A stretch of 64,000 bases of DNA from NCBI GenBank assembly GCA_050230475.1, contig JBFLGF010000204.1, positions 1 to 64,000 of the forward strand. Direction: 5' to 3'. Each line of letters opens with the position of its first letter. Position 1 is the stretch's first letter. Below, piece after piece: positions 30,226 through 42,739 of this stretch. Below the pieces are notes generated by a model. The model did no database searches, was not told where the DNA came from, and was given only the letters and a program-made list of their open reading frames with translations. The translations under genes were made by a program, and so were the position numbers. This DNA comes from Ancylonema sp. Taxonomy: Eukaryota.

Positions 30226-31702
30226 CGTATGTGTGCCCAAGTTTTTGGCCTTCCACCGAGATTACCCGCAACTTTATATGATTGATGACCATCGATGCCG
30301 ATTCATGTCCATTGCTTTCGCCACATGTTGTGCTTGATTATTCGTTCGGGATTGAAAACGGAAGCCAAAACTAAAAAAGTTCCCGCTTTTGAACCCTACA
30401 CGTGTATAAATATTCCTAACATTCCTAAATAATATCAGATATCAGCAATCACACACATGACAACACATCCGTCGACGATACACGTAAGTACACAAATTGC
30501 AACCAAATCGATAAAATTGAATTTATGCTCCGAGGCCACATAATCAATTTATAAGTCTATAGTATTTCCCGTTAGAAAATGACGGCTTTCTTATCAATAC
30601 AATAAAGGTAACACGTTGACACAAAGAATAGCGTCAACGACATAAGACAACTAGACACCTAGAAAACTCAACAAGTCGTGACTCAAAATTGACCAGCATT
30701 ACATTTATTTCATCCGAACTGCGAATCAACAAACCTTGCCAACATTTTCACGAGTGTATAAACTCCAACAAGCATCAAACTATGGGAATCACACCGACAC
30801 GTTTGAACCACATGACGAATGTCTAGCAAATATGACATGTGACACATCGACACGGAGAAAACCATTCGAGATAATTATAGACGGCTAAACAACCACACGG
30901 GCACCTCTCATATAATCATAGCATAGTACAAAATCAAGTGAGAGTGGTGTTAGAGATAGAGTATGCTTGAGAAGTCGACAAGATGTCCATAATCATGCAT
31001 GCTTGCGTGCCAATAAGGTTATCTCACGGAGGGCACGAAAGACAAGCGAACCCCCCCACGTGATGGTGCCTCCCCATCGATGCCCATCGATACCCATCGG
31101 CGCTTCCATGATAATTCCATGATTTTCCATGATATGGTTCCATGATATTTTGTCACACCGTCAAATTGTGGAGATAGATGAGGGCGTGGATGATGAACCT
31201 CATATAACTAATTCTTTATAATTGTAGAGAGTATGTGAAGTGTGTTAACGTTTTTTTTTTGGCCAGCATCCAGGTTTTAGGGTCTGATTCAGATTTCCCT
31301 TGGCCAAAATATACGTGTTCTACATTATTCATGAATCTATGAAAAATGTAGACCATGCACAACTTGAACCTACAACAAAATAGCATCACGCACTACTTCA
31401 TGACGTAGTGAAGTACTATTTGATAAATGGTTATGTGGACGAAGGTGTGAAGAAAATTAGGATCTTGGGAGATATTGTTACAATTGTTTCGGATATTGCA
31501 CATTTCATTGCCATGCAAGGCATGTTGAAGCAATATTTGCCACTCGTAGGCTACAAGTTGTAGCGCCTTAGAAGTTCACGAATTTGGTATCGATTTGACG
31601 ATTTGGCATATATGTTCACACACCCGCATTCGAGAGCTTCTCGGAGGCTCATTATTGGCAGCCACCTCTATACATGCACATGGTTTCCCGCGCATGATAG
31701 TA

Positions 31703-32614
31703 CGATGCTCCCTCGATATAAGGACCCAAAAAAAAAAGTCATTATATCGAGGTGTCCTTCTATATTGTATAAGGACATTCACTGTGGATTTCAAAATGTG
31801 TGTCCTTTTATCGAGGGACTTCGTGAAGAAAAGTAAATACTCAAATATGTTGTTCACATGTTGCCTAGAGTAAGTTGCCTTAGCATCATCATCCGATTAT
31901 GTGTGGGTGTTGTGATGCAAGCTATACAAGTGCGTAATGAGACCAATACATTGCGACTAGCAAAATATGATTAACCAACTTTACGAGGAGAGTTGGGGAG
32001 TATTAAAGTCGTACTAAGCAACTAAGTCCTCGCATATTTTATTAGACATGAGTAGACACTAACATAACAACATAGACAATTGTTGAAAGGCAAGACAAAC
32101 CAATACTTGACATGAAGAGAACTACACTAGTTCCAAATTGTGAACCGCAAACGAAATACACAATTATTATATTTCCCAACAAACAAAATTTATCAAATTC
32201 CTGTGTACACTTTCATGATATGAAATAAGATCAAAAATTGACAACAACTTTCAATATGGCATAACATACGGACACACATACTAATATCGAAATGATTCGA
32301 CACTAAATACCATGAAAGAAACGTTGATTATTCGTTTGCACCCATTAATGTTCATCACTTGCATTGACGTTATATTGTAATTTTGGGATTCTATATTTTT
32401 ATCGATTTCCATACATTGTTATATCCAACAAAAAACGTTATACACACTGTATGAGGACATTCCTTAACAAACTTCTAAATATTTTGTCTTTATACAGAGT
32501 GTCGTTATGCTTCTATCGAGGGCGATTTTGTCGTGATTTTTTTGAAGTCCAAAAAATATGTCTTTATATCGAGGTTGTCTTTTTAAAGAGGGTTCTTACA
32601 TCGAGGGAGCGCTG
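31703..32614. mobile_element. Family-A pogo/Tigger-like non-autonomous element
   Basis: TA|CGATGCTCCCTCGAT ... ATCGAGGGAGCGCTG|TA, with a TA TSD. Confidence 0.8.
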
Positions 32615-32618
32615 TAGA

Positions 32619-33150
32619 CAATGCTCCCTCGTTATAACGACCCTCTTTATAAAGACAACATCGGCATCATAGTCTTATTTCCCAACTTTTTAAAAATCAA
32701 TTCATAATCGCGATCGATATAATCATAGCGACACTCAAAATATATTATAAATTTATTACCGAATGTCCTATAGTGTGCAATACCGAATGTAATATGCACG
32801 AACGATGTTTCTCGCAGATAACGAATTATGGAGGTGAAAAAACTACCAGACTTAAATACTGAAAAAATACCGAAAAACGATATACCAAAAAGTGTACATG
32901 TTGTTCGAGTCTATTGTGTTTACTCCTTGTCCAAAAAAATGATTAAGCGTGTTTTTGCTTCGTACGATTCTCATTACTTCCCTAACTCTTGTTGTTTGAA
33001 TTCATTTTGCTAGTCGCCATGTATTGGTCTTATTACGCACTTTTAAAGTTTGTATCACAACACACACGCTTAATTGGACGATGATACCAGTGCAAGTAAT
33101 TTAAAACAGCATGTGATGAACATGCACATTTGGTTGTTCACTTTGCTTCA
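32619..33150. mobile_element. Truncated family-A element adjoining the previous copy
   Basis: Starts CAATGCTCCCTCGTTATAACGACC and is colinear with 8574 onward. Right TIR missing. Confidence 0.6.
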
Positions 33151-33951
33151 AACCATAGATGGGTCAGCACCGTGCGCAAGATTTGTGCATGCGTGCGGCA
33201 CGCGTGTGATAGCGCACGCGTGCGGTACGCGTGCCGCACCGGGACAATTTCAGTAATCGATTTCATACGTCGAAATGTGACTAAGTAGTGAGTACTGACC
33301 ATTTTGCACTGTAAGTAGTTCGATATAACGTTTAAGGCCCTAAATTGATTTCTGTCACTTTGTAACCGGTTCACCAAATATATTTCATGAATTTGGAAAC
33401 ATCCCGGCACCCCTGGGGTGTGGGAAGTACCTCCCCCCCCCCCGGTAATAATAATAAAATTTTAACGCCTATGAGCGCGCACCTTGCGCGATATTTGCGC
33501 TCGCGCGTGGGACGCGGGCGCAAGCGCACGCGTGCGGAACACATGCGGGACGCGCACTTCAAAGACCCATCTATGCCTCAAACACGATACAACGACAAGC
33601 ATTTAAATAATCAGGAGTAAACGTTCTTCATCAGTGTAAAAGATACCTTATATGGACATTTTTCCAGTTTTTTGTTTGGCCGTTATTTAGCCGTTATTTT
33701 GTTGAAGGCGTACCCTCTATATAGGCTCTAAAAAGTAGCCAACCAGAAGTCTGCCTATACAGTGGGTCAACTGCACCAGGAAACGAGGTCGCCGTACGTT
33801 CATCGAAGGCACTACCGCAGTGGAGTTTGCTGCCTCGATCACCTCAGATTCGGATCACTTGTGAGTTCTACAACAAGAGCAGTCGGTTCTTGGAATTTTA
33901 ACCTTTCTGCATTGTGTGCGCAATCGGGTCGAGTACCCTTAACTTGGTGAC

Positions 33952-36795
33952 ATGGGTGATGTACTGGAAGTCACTTTATCTGGAGCAGAATGCAGTCCGA
34001 GGGAGAAGGAGAGGGAACCTGTAGGCGCAGATCCTTTTGCCGTTCTATACTATGGGACGCGGCAACACTGGGTCGCAAAATTGATCAAAGGTAGGTTCTG
34101 TCATTTTTGTTCTTACATATTTATGAAACAGCATGTCTTCTTCACAAATTACTGGTTCAATTGGCCCAGAACTCCAAAACGTTTTGGTTGGAACAAGCAC
34201 GATGGGACGATGATTGAAAATGTATTTAGTGCTCTTGCCTGCTGCCAAGTATACCTTCATCTGGGACAAAGGAAAGTTTTGCGTTAGTGGTCCCGGTGGG
34301 TAGCCCGCGAGACAAGCATTGAATTCAATTAGAATTCAAATATTTACACGTCGGAGACTTCCGTTTCGCCGGTTATCGCCGTTAGTTTTTGTTTGCCTGA
34401 GTAGGCTGTGTTTACGTTGGCATGCACATTCAAATCTGGTCGAAGCATAGAATCTACACTTGGGTCGGCATGGTAACTTCAATAACTTCGCGTTTGGCAA
34501 AGAGCGTTTAGAGGCTGCTCCCGTCCCGTTTTTTGTTTCTGTGTTCATCCAGACCTGAAGTTCGGTTATAATGTAGAGAGTGGCGTGGACGAAGTAAACA
34601 TCAATGTCTACGATGGAAACAAGCCGGAGCCACGTGAGGCCATCGCACATATAAAGTCAGTTGATTCTGATAACTTCCTACTAGCGTGGTTGTCGGTAGC
34701 TTTTGTAAACGTCATAACCTGCCGCTGTCTTTTGCTGCCGTTTTGGAGCTTACCCTTAACATGTACGCTGAACAAAGTTGTTACCTGACGACCGTTATTC
34801 CTTGAAGAGGGGTATCAGAACCTGAGCACCAATACTGCATACATTTTTTTACAAGCATTCGTTTTGTGAGGGGTGTAAAGCCTATTAGGACCCGATGCAG
34901 GCCCCCTGAATTCCCCTGTTCCCCTCCCTGCCTTTGCAGAGTTCCCCTTTCGATGACATACCAGCTCGGCTGCGATTCATTGTCCTGTCCCATCATGAAG
35001 AGCAACGGAGATACCCTTGGCACACTGAAGCTCGCCACAAAGATTATTCCCAAGGTACACATCCCCCTGCCCCGCAACTCCTACGCTCAGATCCAGAGCC
35101 TCATGCCTGGTTGCTGAGTACTCGTTCCTGTTCCGTATGCGTTTGTCGCAGGCTGAGTCTCAGGCTCCCGTCACCTCCTCCCTGACCGCGCATTCCGAGC
35201 AGCAGCCTCTGACCCCTGGGGTTTACGGCCCTCCGCCAGGAGCTCGTGCAAGTCCCCCACCCCCGTCTGCCCCCAGTAACCAGTGGCAGCCTCAGCAGCA
35301 GCAGCAGCAGCAAAATGGAGGGTGGGAGATGGCAACTGCTGTTGGTGAGGATTGAGGGGTAACTCACAGCTATGGGGGCTGTGTCAGCTTCCAGTGTGCA
35401 TCGTTAGGAAAGAACACGGAAGGGGATCAGAAAGGGCTTCCTCTTGAGTTGCTGCTACTACCATATGCGTTATGGTTCTGTGGCGCTTGTTTTTGTAAAA
35501 AGAGAAGCACTCACGGAACCATAGTGCCATAATTATATTTAACTTCAGAACTCTAGAAATCAATAATTCCATAATTCCATAAGTCCATATTATCTATAAC
35601 TCCATAGTTCCATAAATCCGTGATTCCCCTTTCTTTTGTCAGGCACCCCCGTGGCTCCTCCTCCCCAGCAGCAATATGAAATGGCGTCACAGCACCCTCC
35701 AGGTAAGCCTGTAGGAAGTTGGGAATCGGAAGTATCCATCCACACCTGGTGTCTTAAATGTACTTCTTTACCAAAACTTTTCTTCGAACCTGATTGGCGG
35801 AGTGGGTGTCTTAATTTGTGTTGCAAAGCGAGTCGCAGTGTCCAAGGAGGGTTGGTCACTCTCAAGAACAAGATCAGCGCTACATCAGAATCCAGGAACA
35901 TCATATTTTGTGGAAGGGTGTGAGTGTGGGTCGTATGGTGACCTACTTTGCCTACTCTCCGTTGCAGCCTATGGGCCGCCCACTTCCTACCCATCCTACC
36001 CTCCGCCAGCCCCCCCACCCCCTCCGGCTACCTACTATCCCCCACCCGCCTACCCGCCACCATATGGATACTACCCACCTCCTGCTCCATACTACGGTAA
36101 GTGTAGAAGGGGGGGGGTAGGGTGAGGGGTAGTAGGGCTTGCTCACAGACATTGGTACCACGGGGCAGAGATTTGTGGTTCGTGCTTGTTCACACTGTAG
36201 TACTGGGTTGGGAGGGAATGGTTTGGGTGTTTTATACACCTGTGAAACCCTGGAGACAAGGTTCAATGTACATGTCGGATGATCATTCCGCTCTCACCAC
36301 CGTGGGCCCAAAAATACTACTTCCTAGGCGGGTAAATTGTGGTTATCTAGCTATAAAGTACAACCTCTAAGCACACAGACTTGTATACAAAGAGACAATC
36401 TCAAATCACAACAGTTGGCACATACACACCATATTCCACACGACCCAAAATCAGTATTACAAAAACAAAAAATCCTTACAAAAAGTATCTGCTGCATTTG
36501 TTACACTTGGTGCGGAACCTTGTGTTGAGCGACCTTGAACGGTGCGATATGTTTGCAATGTGTAGGTGGGTATGGCGGATATGGATCCTACCCCTCCTAC
36601 TACCCCGCTGCACCAACCACCATAATCATTGAAGAGAACAACGGTTGGGGAGGTGGATATGGGGGGGGGTATGGCTGGGGGGGGCGAGGGTATGGAGGAG
36701 GATACGGGTGGGGAGGAGGTTGGGGAGGGGACGGATTTCTGCTCGGTGGTCTAGGTGGATTTGCAGGGGGTATGCTACTGGCAGAAATGTTTTAG
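33952..36795 (+). CDS. C2-domain protein with Pro/Tyr- and Gly-rich tail (SRC2-like); exons 33952-34090, 34553-34655, 34940-35054, 35152-35344, 35643-35702, 35968-36096, 36566-36795
   Basis: C2 fold motifs 'LEVTLSGAE...ADPFAVLYYG', 'INVYD' and 'GTLKL'. PPPAYPPP repeats, and C-terminal 'GFLLGGLGGFAGGMLLAEMF'. GT-AG phases are consistent. Confidence 0.8.
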
Positions 36796-37425
36796 TCCTT
36801 GCAACCGTCACATGCTGTATATAAATTCGCCTCAGTGTAGCAATGGCGGTAGTGTAAATTCTCCTGGTGAATCTTCAAGGGTGCAAAGTCGAAAAAGGTT
36901 ATGTATGCTCAAGTAGGTTGACATCTTAACCAAAAAAGCGACATAATATTTAATCATTAAGTTATCTGAAGGATGTTGGCCCGTGCTTGAGGTGGCCGTG
37001 CGACTCCATTCAAACACAATGCTTATATGATCTTTGAAGTACCGACGTGGCCATACCTAATGACCCGGGTGAAAAAAAAAAACGGTTGATTAGCAGGGTG
37101 ACCCACCATCTTGACCCAAGCAGACTTTTTTAATATTCACGTGATCCAAAATTATGACCCGGGTAAATAATGTATATTATATCGTGATCTGCCAAGCAAA
37201 TTGACCCACCTCAAAATGAACGCGTAATGTTTACCGCACCAATCACGGTGATGTAAATGCTAAAACCCTGAGGTGAAAGGACTGGAGGGAGTTGTTCGCT
37301 CTAGATTTTGGCCCTCTAGTGGACTGTCAAAATAGGACAGACGTTGTCAGTCTTGAAGTGCATTTGTTAGACTCTGTTGCTAACTGTCGCAAAAAGAAGT
37401 CCTTCATATATATTGAGAAGACATA

Positions 37426-38012
37426 CCGTACCAGTGAGAGATAACGCGCCAGCAAATCGAAAAAACAATTAATAATAGTAGGCTCCAAACACTTGCGTCA
37501 GCCAAATTTGAATGAATTAGTACGCGCCAAGAGTGTGCGCTAAGCAAATTTTTATTAGTAAAAAGGATCCAAATAGTAGTTGCGCGAGGTGTTTTCCTGA
37601 TTAATTTATATGATCCAGTCCAACTTGCGCCATTATATAGGGACATGAGGGAGCTTTCAACCCTTGGGCTCTGGGCCCCTCGATCCCAGCGACCTTCCAA
37701 AATGGGCCAAAGACCGCTTTCCATACACGAGCCCGGGGTTCCGCAGCTCGAAGCCCGGGGGCGTGCAGCTATTCTTAATTACAAGCACCTCTCGACATAG
37801 TAATTATTGAAATTTAATTTTCGATGTGAGATCATAATATTCGCTATACTCGCTAATATTGTTGCACCAAGATTTCGTCGATTTTAATTATTTGTTTGCG
37901 CCAACAGGGTGCGCCAGCGTGGTCAAAATAATTAATTTAGTACGCGCCAAAAAACGTGTGCGCTAGGCAAAATGGTAATTATTTTTTGGCGCATTATCTC
38001 TGGCTGATACGG
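37426..38012. mobile_element. Family-B pogo-like MITE
   Basis: TA|CCGTACCAG..AGATAA ... TTATCTCTGGCTGATACGG|TA. Inverted copy at 49411-49982. Confidence 0.8.
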
Positions 38013-38535
38013 TATATATTGAGACAGATCCCGATAAGACGAAAGTGAATGCTATGAAAGCAACAAAATCATTATAGATGTCAAAGAATATTGAAGAGTT
38101 GAAAGTGATGTAGCAGTGATTACTTTTCTTTGAGTGGTGCGTAGTAAGGAGTGATAGAGTAGTGAGTAGCGACTGAGTGCGTGTGTGGGGATATTCGTAA
38201 CACGAGAACTGGTCCAAATTCAGAGTGAGATACCATTCCAAATGGTGGTTGAAAAATATTTTACGGTAAGCTTCAATTACATTAAATGGTTATCAATCCA
38301 ATCCAATTGGGAAAGAAACACTAAAGTTTAATGTCTAAAACAAAAACAAACAAAAAACAACAAAACTCCCTAACATCAAGTCATGAGTATGACGTACAAA
38401 CATTATCTTGATGGTTATGTGCGAAGCATAGTTGGTCCCAGAGTCGGCAATTTTGCAAGCCGGCTCGGATCCGGCGCGGAGCCGGGCTCGCAAAAAAAAA
38501 CGGAGCGGAGCGGAGTTGTCGTATCGAATAGGATC

Positions 38536-41245
38536 GTTACGAGCAAGCACAACTACACTAACCCAAACTACAACACACACCCAAAACTTCCAGTTTTGGT
38601 GTGAAAAACTTGTCTTATTACAACTCCTAAAATCACATTACGCCTTTTGGGCCTCAGCACAACTTCTTCATACTTCACAAGTCTCATCCATCAATCATCT
38701 CCTCACACAGCTCCAAATGTTTTAACTCCCCCCCCCTGAGCATGGGAACTGAAATGCACACAAGTTTAGGTTCCCCAAAACAATTGCCCCTTGGCCACCC
38801 AACTCCCAAAAACACTCCCCCCCCGCAGTACACACACCACCCTAACAAACAAGGCCCTAATGAGAAGGACATACCCATGCTTCTAAAGTAATATCTGGGA
38901 GAGGGGGTGTTAAACACCAAGTATGAAATGCATGCTGACACCGATTACAAAGCACCATGGCTTCCTCATTCTTCTTGCTCCCACAGTCCCGATAACTTGT
39001 CTTGTCCCCGCTGAAATAACGCTCGGGGTAGATCTTCTTGTCCACAATTGGCAGACTGCAGGGTGCCACATTCTTATGTTGCTCCTCTATCTCAGCCCCA
39101 TCTTGGCCTTGCAGCACCACTACCCCACTCTCCTTCGGGCGCACGACTTGCAAAATGTGAGGACGTGTGGGGACGTCTAGGTAGGCCACAATTGGCATTT
39201 TAACCGACACAAAATCCCCAGCCCCCACCACCTCCTTCTCTCTATGCAAAGGAGGGGTGTTCACCGGACGAGAACGCGTCTTCTCTCGGTGTTACGCGAT
39301 TGCCATGTTCCTCATAGCATGGGGGAGGACCTGGCAAAACACCTGACTCCTCTCATCAATGAAAAGTCTAACCGCCTCCGGGTCATCTAGGTCAGGCAGC
39401 GGTTCATGCTCCAAATTCTGAATCTTGGCAGGGAAGATGGGATGCCGCCCATAGAGGATGTAGTAGGGGGAATACCCCAGGGCCTTCTGCTACGCCATCC
39501 GGTAGCCCATAGCCACATAGGGCAGCACCAGATCTCAGTCGGTGGCACAGCGCCCCATAAGGGTCTTCCGCAGACCTTGCGTCATGGTCTGAACCAAGCG
39601 CTCCGATAGTCCATCTGCTTGGGGGTGCTCACGGGAGGCAATGCGATGATCTATCCCAAAGTGGGATAGAAGGGTCTAAAACTTACCTTTGAACTCGGAG
39701 CCCTGATCAGTTACAACTTCAGCATGAGCACTCATACGACTCAAAACAAACCCAAGCAATGCCAATGCAGTTTCAGCAGCAGACTTCTCTGGCAATGGCA
39801 CAAGTTCTACCCACTTGGTGAAATGTTCATTGAATACCAGCACACACTTGTTGCCACGTTTGGTTATAGGGAACGGACTAGCAAAATCAACTCCCCACCT
39901 ACACCCAAGTCCCCGAATAGGGAGGGGTTGTAGTTCGTTGCGGGGTTCACGGAAAGTGGCTTTGGAGCGCACACATGATGAGCAGCTTCCGATGACGCCC
40001 TTCACGTCTTCTTCCATCTTATTCCACCAATAGAACTTTTGCAACAACTTAGTCACACGGTTGACACCAAAGTACCCCATATCTCGATGTGTACACAAGA
40101 TCAAGTCTAGACGTGCAGTGAGAGGGGGAACGAACAACATAATACCAATAGGAAATATCTTATATACATTCCCCCCCAGCCTACGATACCCTAAAGCCCT
40201 CCTATACACTCTATCGCGAGCTCCCGGTGTAGAGTCCGGGTTGTGGCGATGGTGGTTCAAGAAGTTTAGGACCAGATGATCGGACCAGATGTCGACAGTT
40301 GCGAGCGGATATGGCTCGTGGACGGAGGCAGTGGTGGAGCCAGCTGCAATGTTGGCTGCAGGCGCAGATGTAGTTGAACTAGAGGAAGCAGGTGACCCTG
40401 CAGTGGTGAGAGAGGATGTCGAGAAAGACAAAGCTGCATGGAATGCAATGTGTAGGAATATTCGGATAGCCATGCCCTATGCTTGCTAGTCCAATAGTGA
40501 CCGGTCACTTTATCCGGGCGCCTTATTCCTAGATGTGCTTGTGCGGGGCCGGGCACGGTTGTGTCCGGGTACTTGATATGTTGCCACGCTTGATGTCGAC
40601 ACTTACAGTCGTAAATAGCGGTTGGCGTACTTTATGTGCCTTGATTGGATAGATTTAGTCATGTCAGGAAGTGTCCGGAATGGGCCGTTGACACATAGAT
40701 GAGTTGCCACTCAATGATAGGCCGACGGTCAATGGTACCGACCGTCGACACACAACAATCTGTAAAGCGCATCGGGTATTACCATTCCCGATGCGATCAC
40801 AATTATCAGTCATTCCACACACGCAACTCTTGTCTCGTTGATCATTAGTGATAGAGATCCTTTTGCGTACGGCTCGCTTGTCGCCCACCAAATCTCTTGC
40901 ACGTCTAATCGCAAAAGCTTAAACAAAGTAAGTAGTAGGGGACGTCTCAAAGTCCCTTGTCATGTCATCCTCATCAAGAGTAGCATAGCATATAACTCCT
41001 AAATCCTCCCTCTTTTCGCGAAAAGCATCTTCACAAGAGGCCAATGGAAATCTGTTGCAATAGTAAGCAACCTAGTTTTCAACAACTGACGGGTGCAAAA
41101 TAGTGAAATCATATTCTTGCAAAAATAGATCCCATCGTGCAAGCCTACCTGTCAAGCGGGAGGTGGTCATCATCCTCTGTAGCGCGGCGTGATCAGTTAA
41201 GAGGCGAAAAGAGCTACCTATGAGATAATGGCGGACATGCTGGAC
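38536..41245 (-). mobile_element. Ty3/Gypsy remnant: RNase H C-terminus, integrase and C-terminal PHD finger, PPT and short terminal repeat; interrupted by a Copia solo LTR
   Basis: RNase H 'LTDHAAL...GRLARWDLFLQEYDF' (about 41100-41245). Integrase 'HRDMGYFG...CSSC', 'WGVDF' and 'VVTDQGSEF'. PHD 'DCGSKKNEEAMVLCNRCQHAFHTWCLTPPL...WVCPSH'. G-rich PPT at 38727-38736. Confidence 0.88.
40451..40925 (+). mobile_element. Copia-family solo LTR inserted in the Gypsy pol
   Basis: Starts TGTAGGAAT. Colinear with the LTR at 59304-59767 (minus) and similar to 55238-55650. Right boundary approximate. Confidence 0.8.
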
Positions 41246-42312
41246 TCACGTGCCAGATGAGATCGGTGGGGTAAATGGGTCATCGATGATGGAACCAGTC
41301 GATGAAGGGGTAATCGCACTCAAAGTATCGACGGAAAGGGGTCTTATCGATGTAGTGGAAGTGCAGATAAGAGGCTGGAATATCGTAAGTGAGAGTACGG
41401 TGCTCGCTTGAATCGCGGGAGTGATTGTAAACAATCACAAAACGAGGCAGTTTTCGAGCTTTATTCGCTGTATTACTCACTGCTAGCAAGCTATACTTAC
41501 TTGACGGCTTAAAAGTAACGAGAGCGACACAAGATTACAGCAACAGATGCGTCGATTCTTGATCAACAAGCAATCGATTATGATACAATTTTGCAAAACT
41601 TGTCAATAACAGCGAAATATATGTGCGAATGGATTGTACGGATGAGCGAACGCTCGGTAATTCAAACGGACGATTTCTGACTGCGCAACAGGTGAGACAA
41701 TCGATAACTTCGGTAACGAGGGTAATTCACAAATTGCAAAGCGACAGCTTGATGCAAAGTAATCACAAACGAGCGAACGCTCGATACACACGATGTTGCG
41801 AAAGCAAAAGATCACAGAGTTGCGCAAGGCAAAGAATTGAGAATGTCGAGGAAAACACTGGTGTGCAAGGAAAATCTCTTCACCGTCAAATTTAGCGGAA
41901 GCTGTGATTTGAAAGTTGTACAGAAGTCTTTATTGTCAAACTCGAATGTTCTATTCGCGCGCTCGCTGGGATACGCGTGGCAAGGAACATCTAAATCAAC
42001 TCGGCGCGCACGCTATAATTGGTTGCAGACATCTCTAATTGATTATGAGCTGTTGATCTAAAGAGCTACGGTCACGATTGCTATTGATGACAGGTCTGAC
42101 ACGTAGTCTAATCAATTCAAATACAAAGGGGAGCTAGTCAAAGGTTGACTACTCGAAACTTAATAAAAGGGCGCCGGTCACCGACGAAGCTCGGAATGAA
42201 AATGAGCGGGGGCGGAGTCGTGACAAGGCGGAAAAAGATAAGCGGTGCGGCTATTTTAGTATTTTGATTAAAACAGAGGGGTTTCTAGCTGACGATTCAT
42301 ATAGGTATGACA
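41246..42312 (-). mobile_element. Family-X LTR acting as the 3' LTR of the DNMT-bearing segment
   Basis: Minus-strand TGTCATACC...GGCACGTGA. Homologous to the solo LTRs at 28807 and 47386. No TSD, as expected for a non-solo LTR. Confidence 0.65.
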
Positions 42313-42739
42313 GTTGACGTGCCAGATGAGATCGGTAGGGTAAATGGGTCATCGGTTATGGAATCAGTTGATGAAGGGGTAATCGCACTCAAAGTATCGA
42401 CAGAAAGGGGTCTTGTCGATGTAATGGAAGTGCAGATAGGAGGCTGGAATATCGTAACTCCCCCCCCCAGATTGAAGAGCTATGCGTTCACATCTGGGTA
42501 ATCAACAAAAGAGGGTAAAGTGATTAGGACCAGAGTCACAAATTGTAGCATGTAAGGTTGTAGCACAAGGTTTGCTCTGAGAAGCTGAAAAATGACAAGT
42601 TGTCGATAATATTGAATGTGTAGATTAAGTATCGAACTGAAATTGTTAACTAGTGTCCAATAAGATGTAATATGTGGAAGATAGTAATGGTAATGTATCG
42701 TGGGAATTGTTGAGAAACCTTTGATGGTAAATTTTTGAT

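Noticed and set aside
31150..31700. Possible decayed transposase fragment
   Set aside because: Multiple stops and no motif I can assign with confidence.
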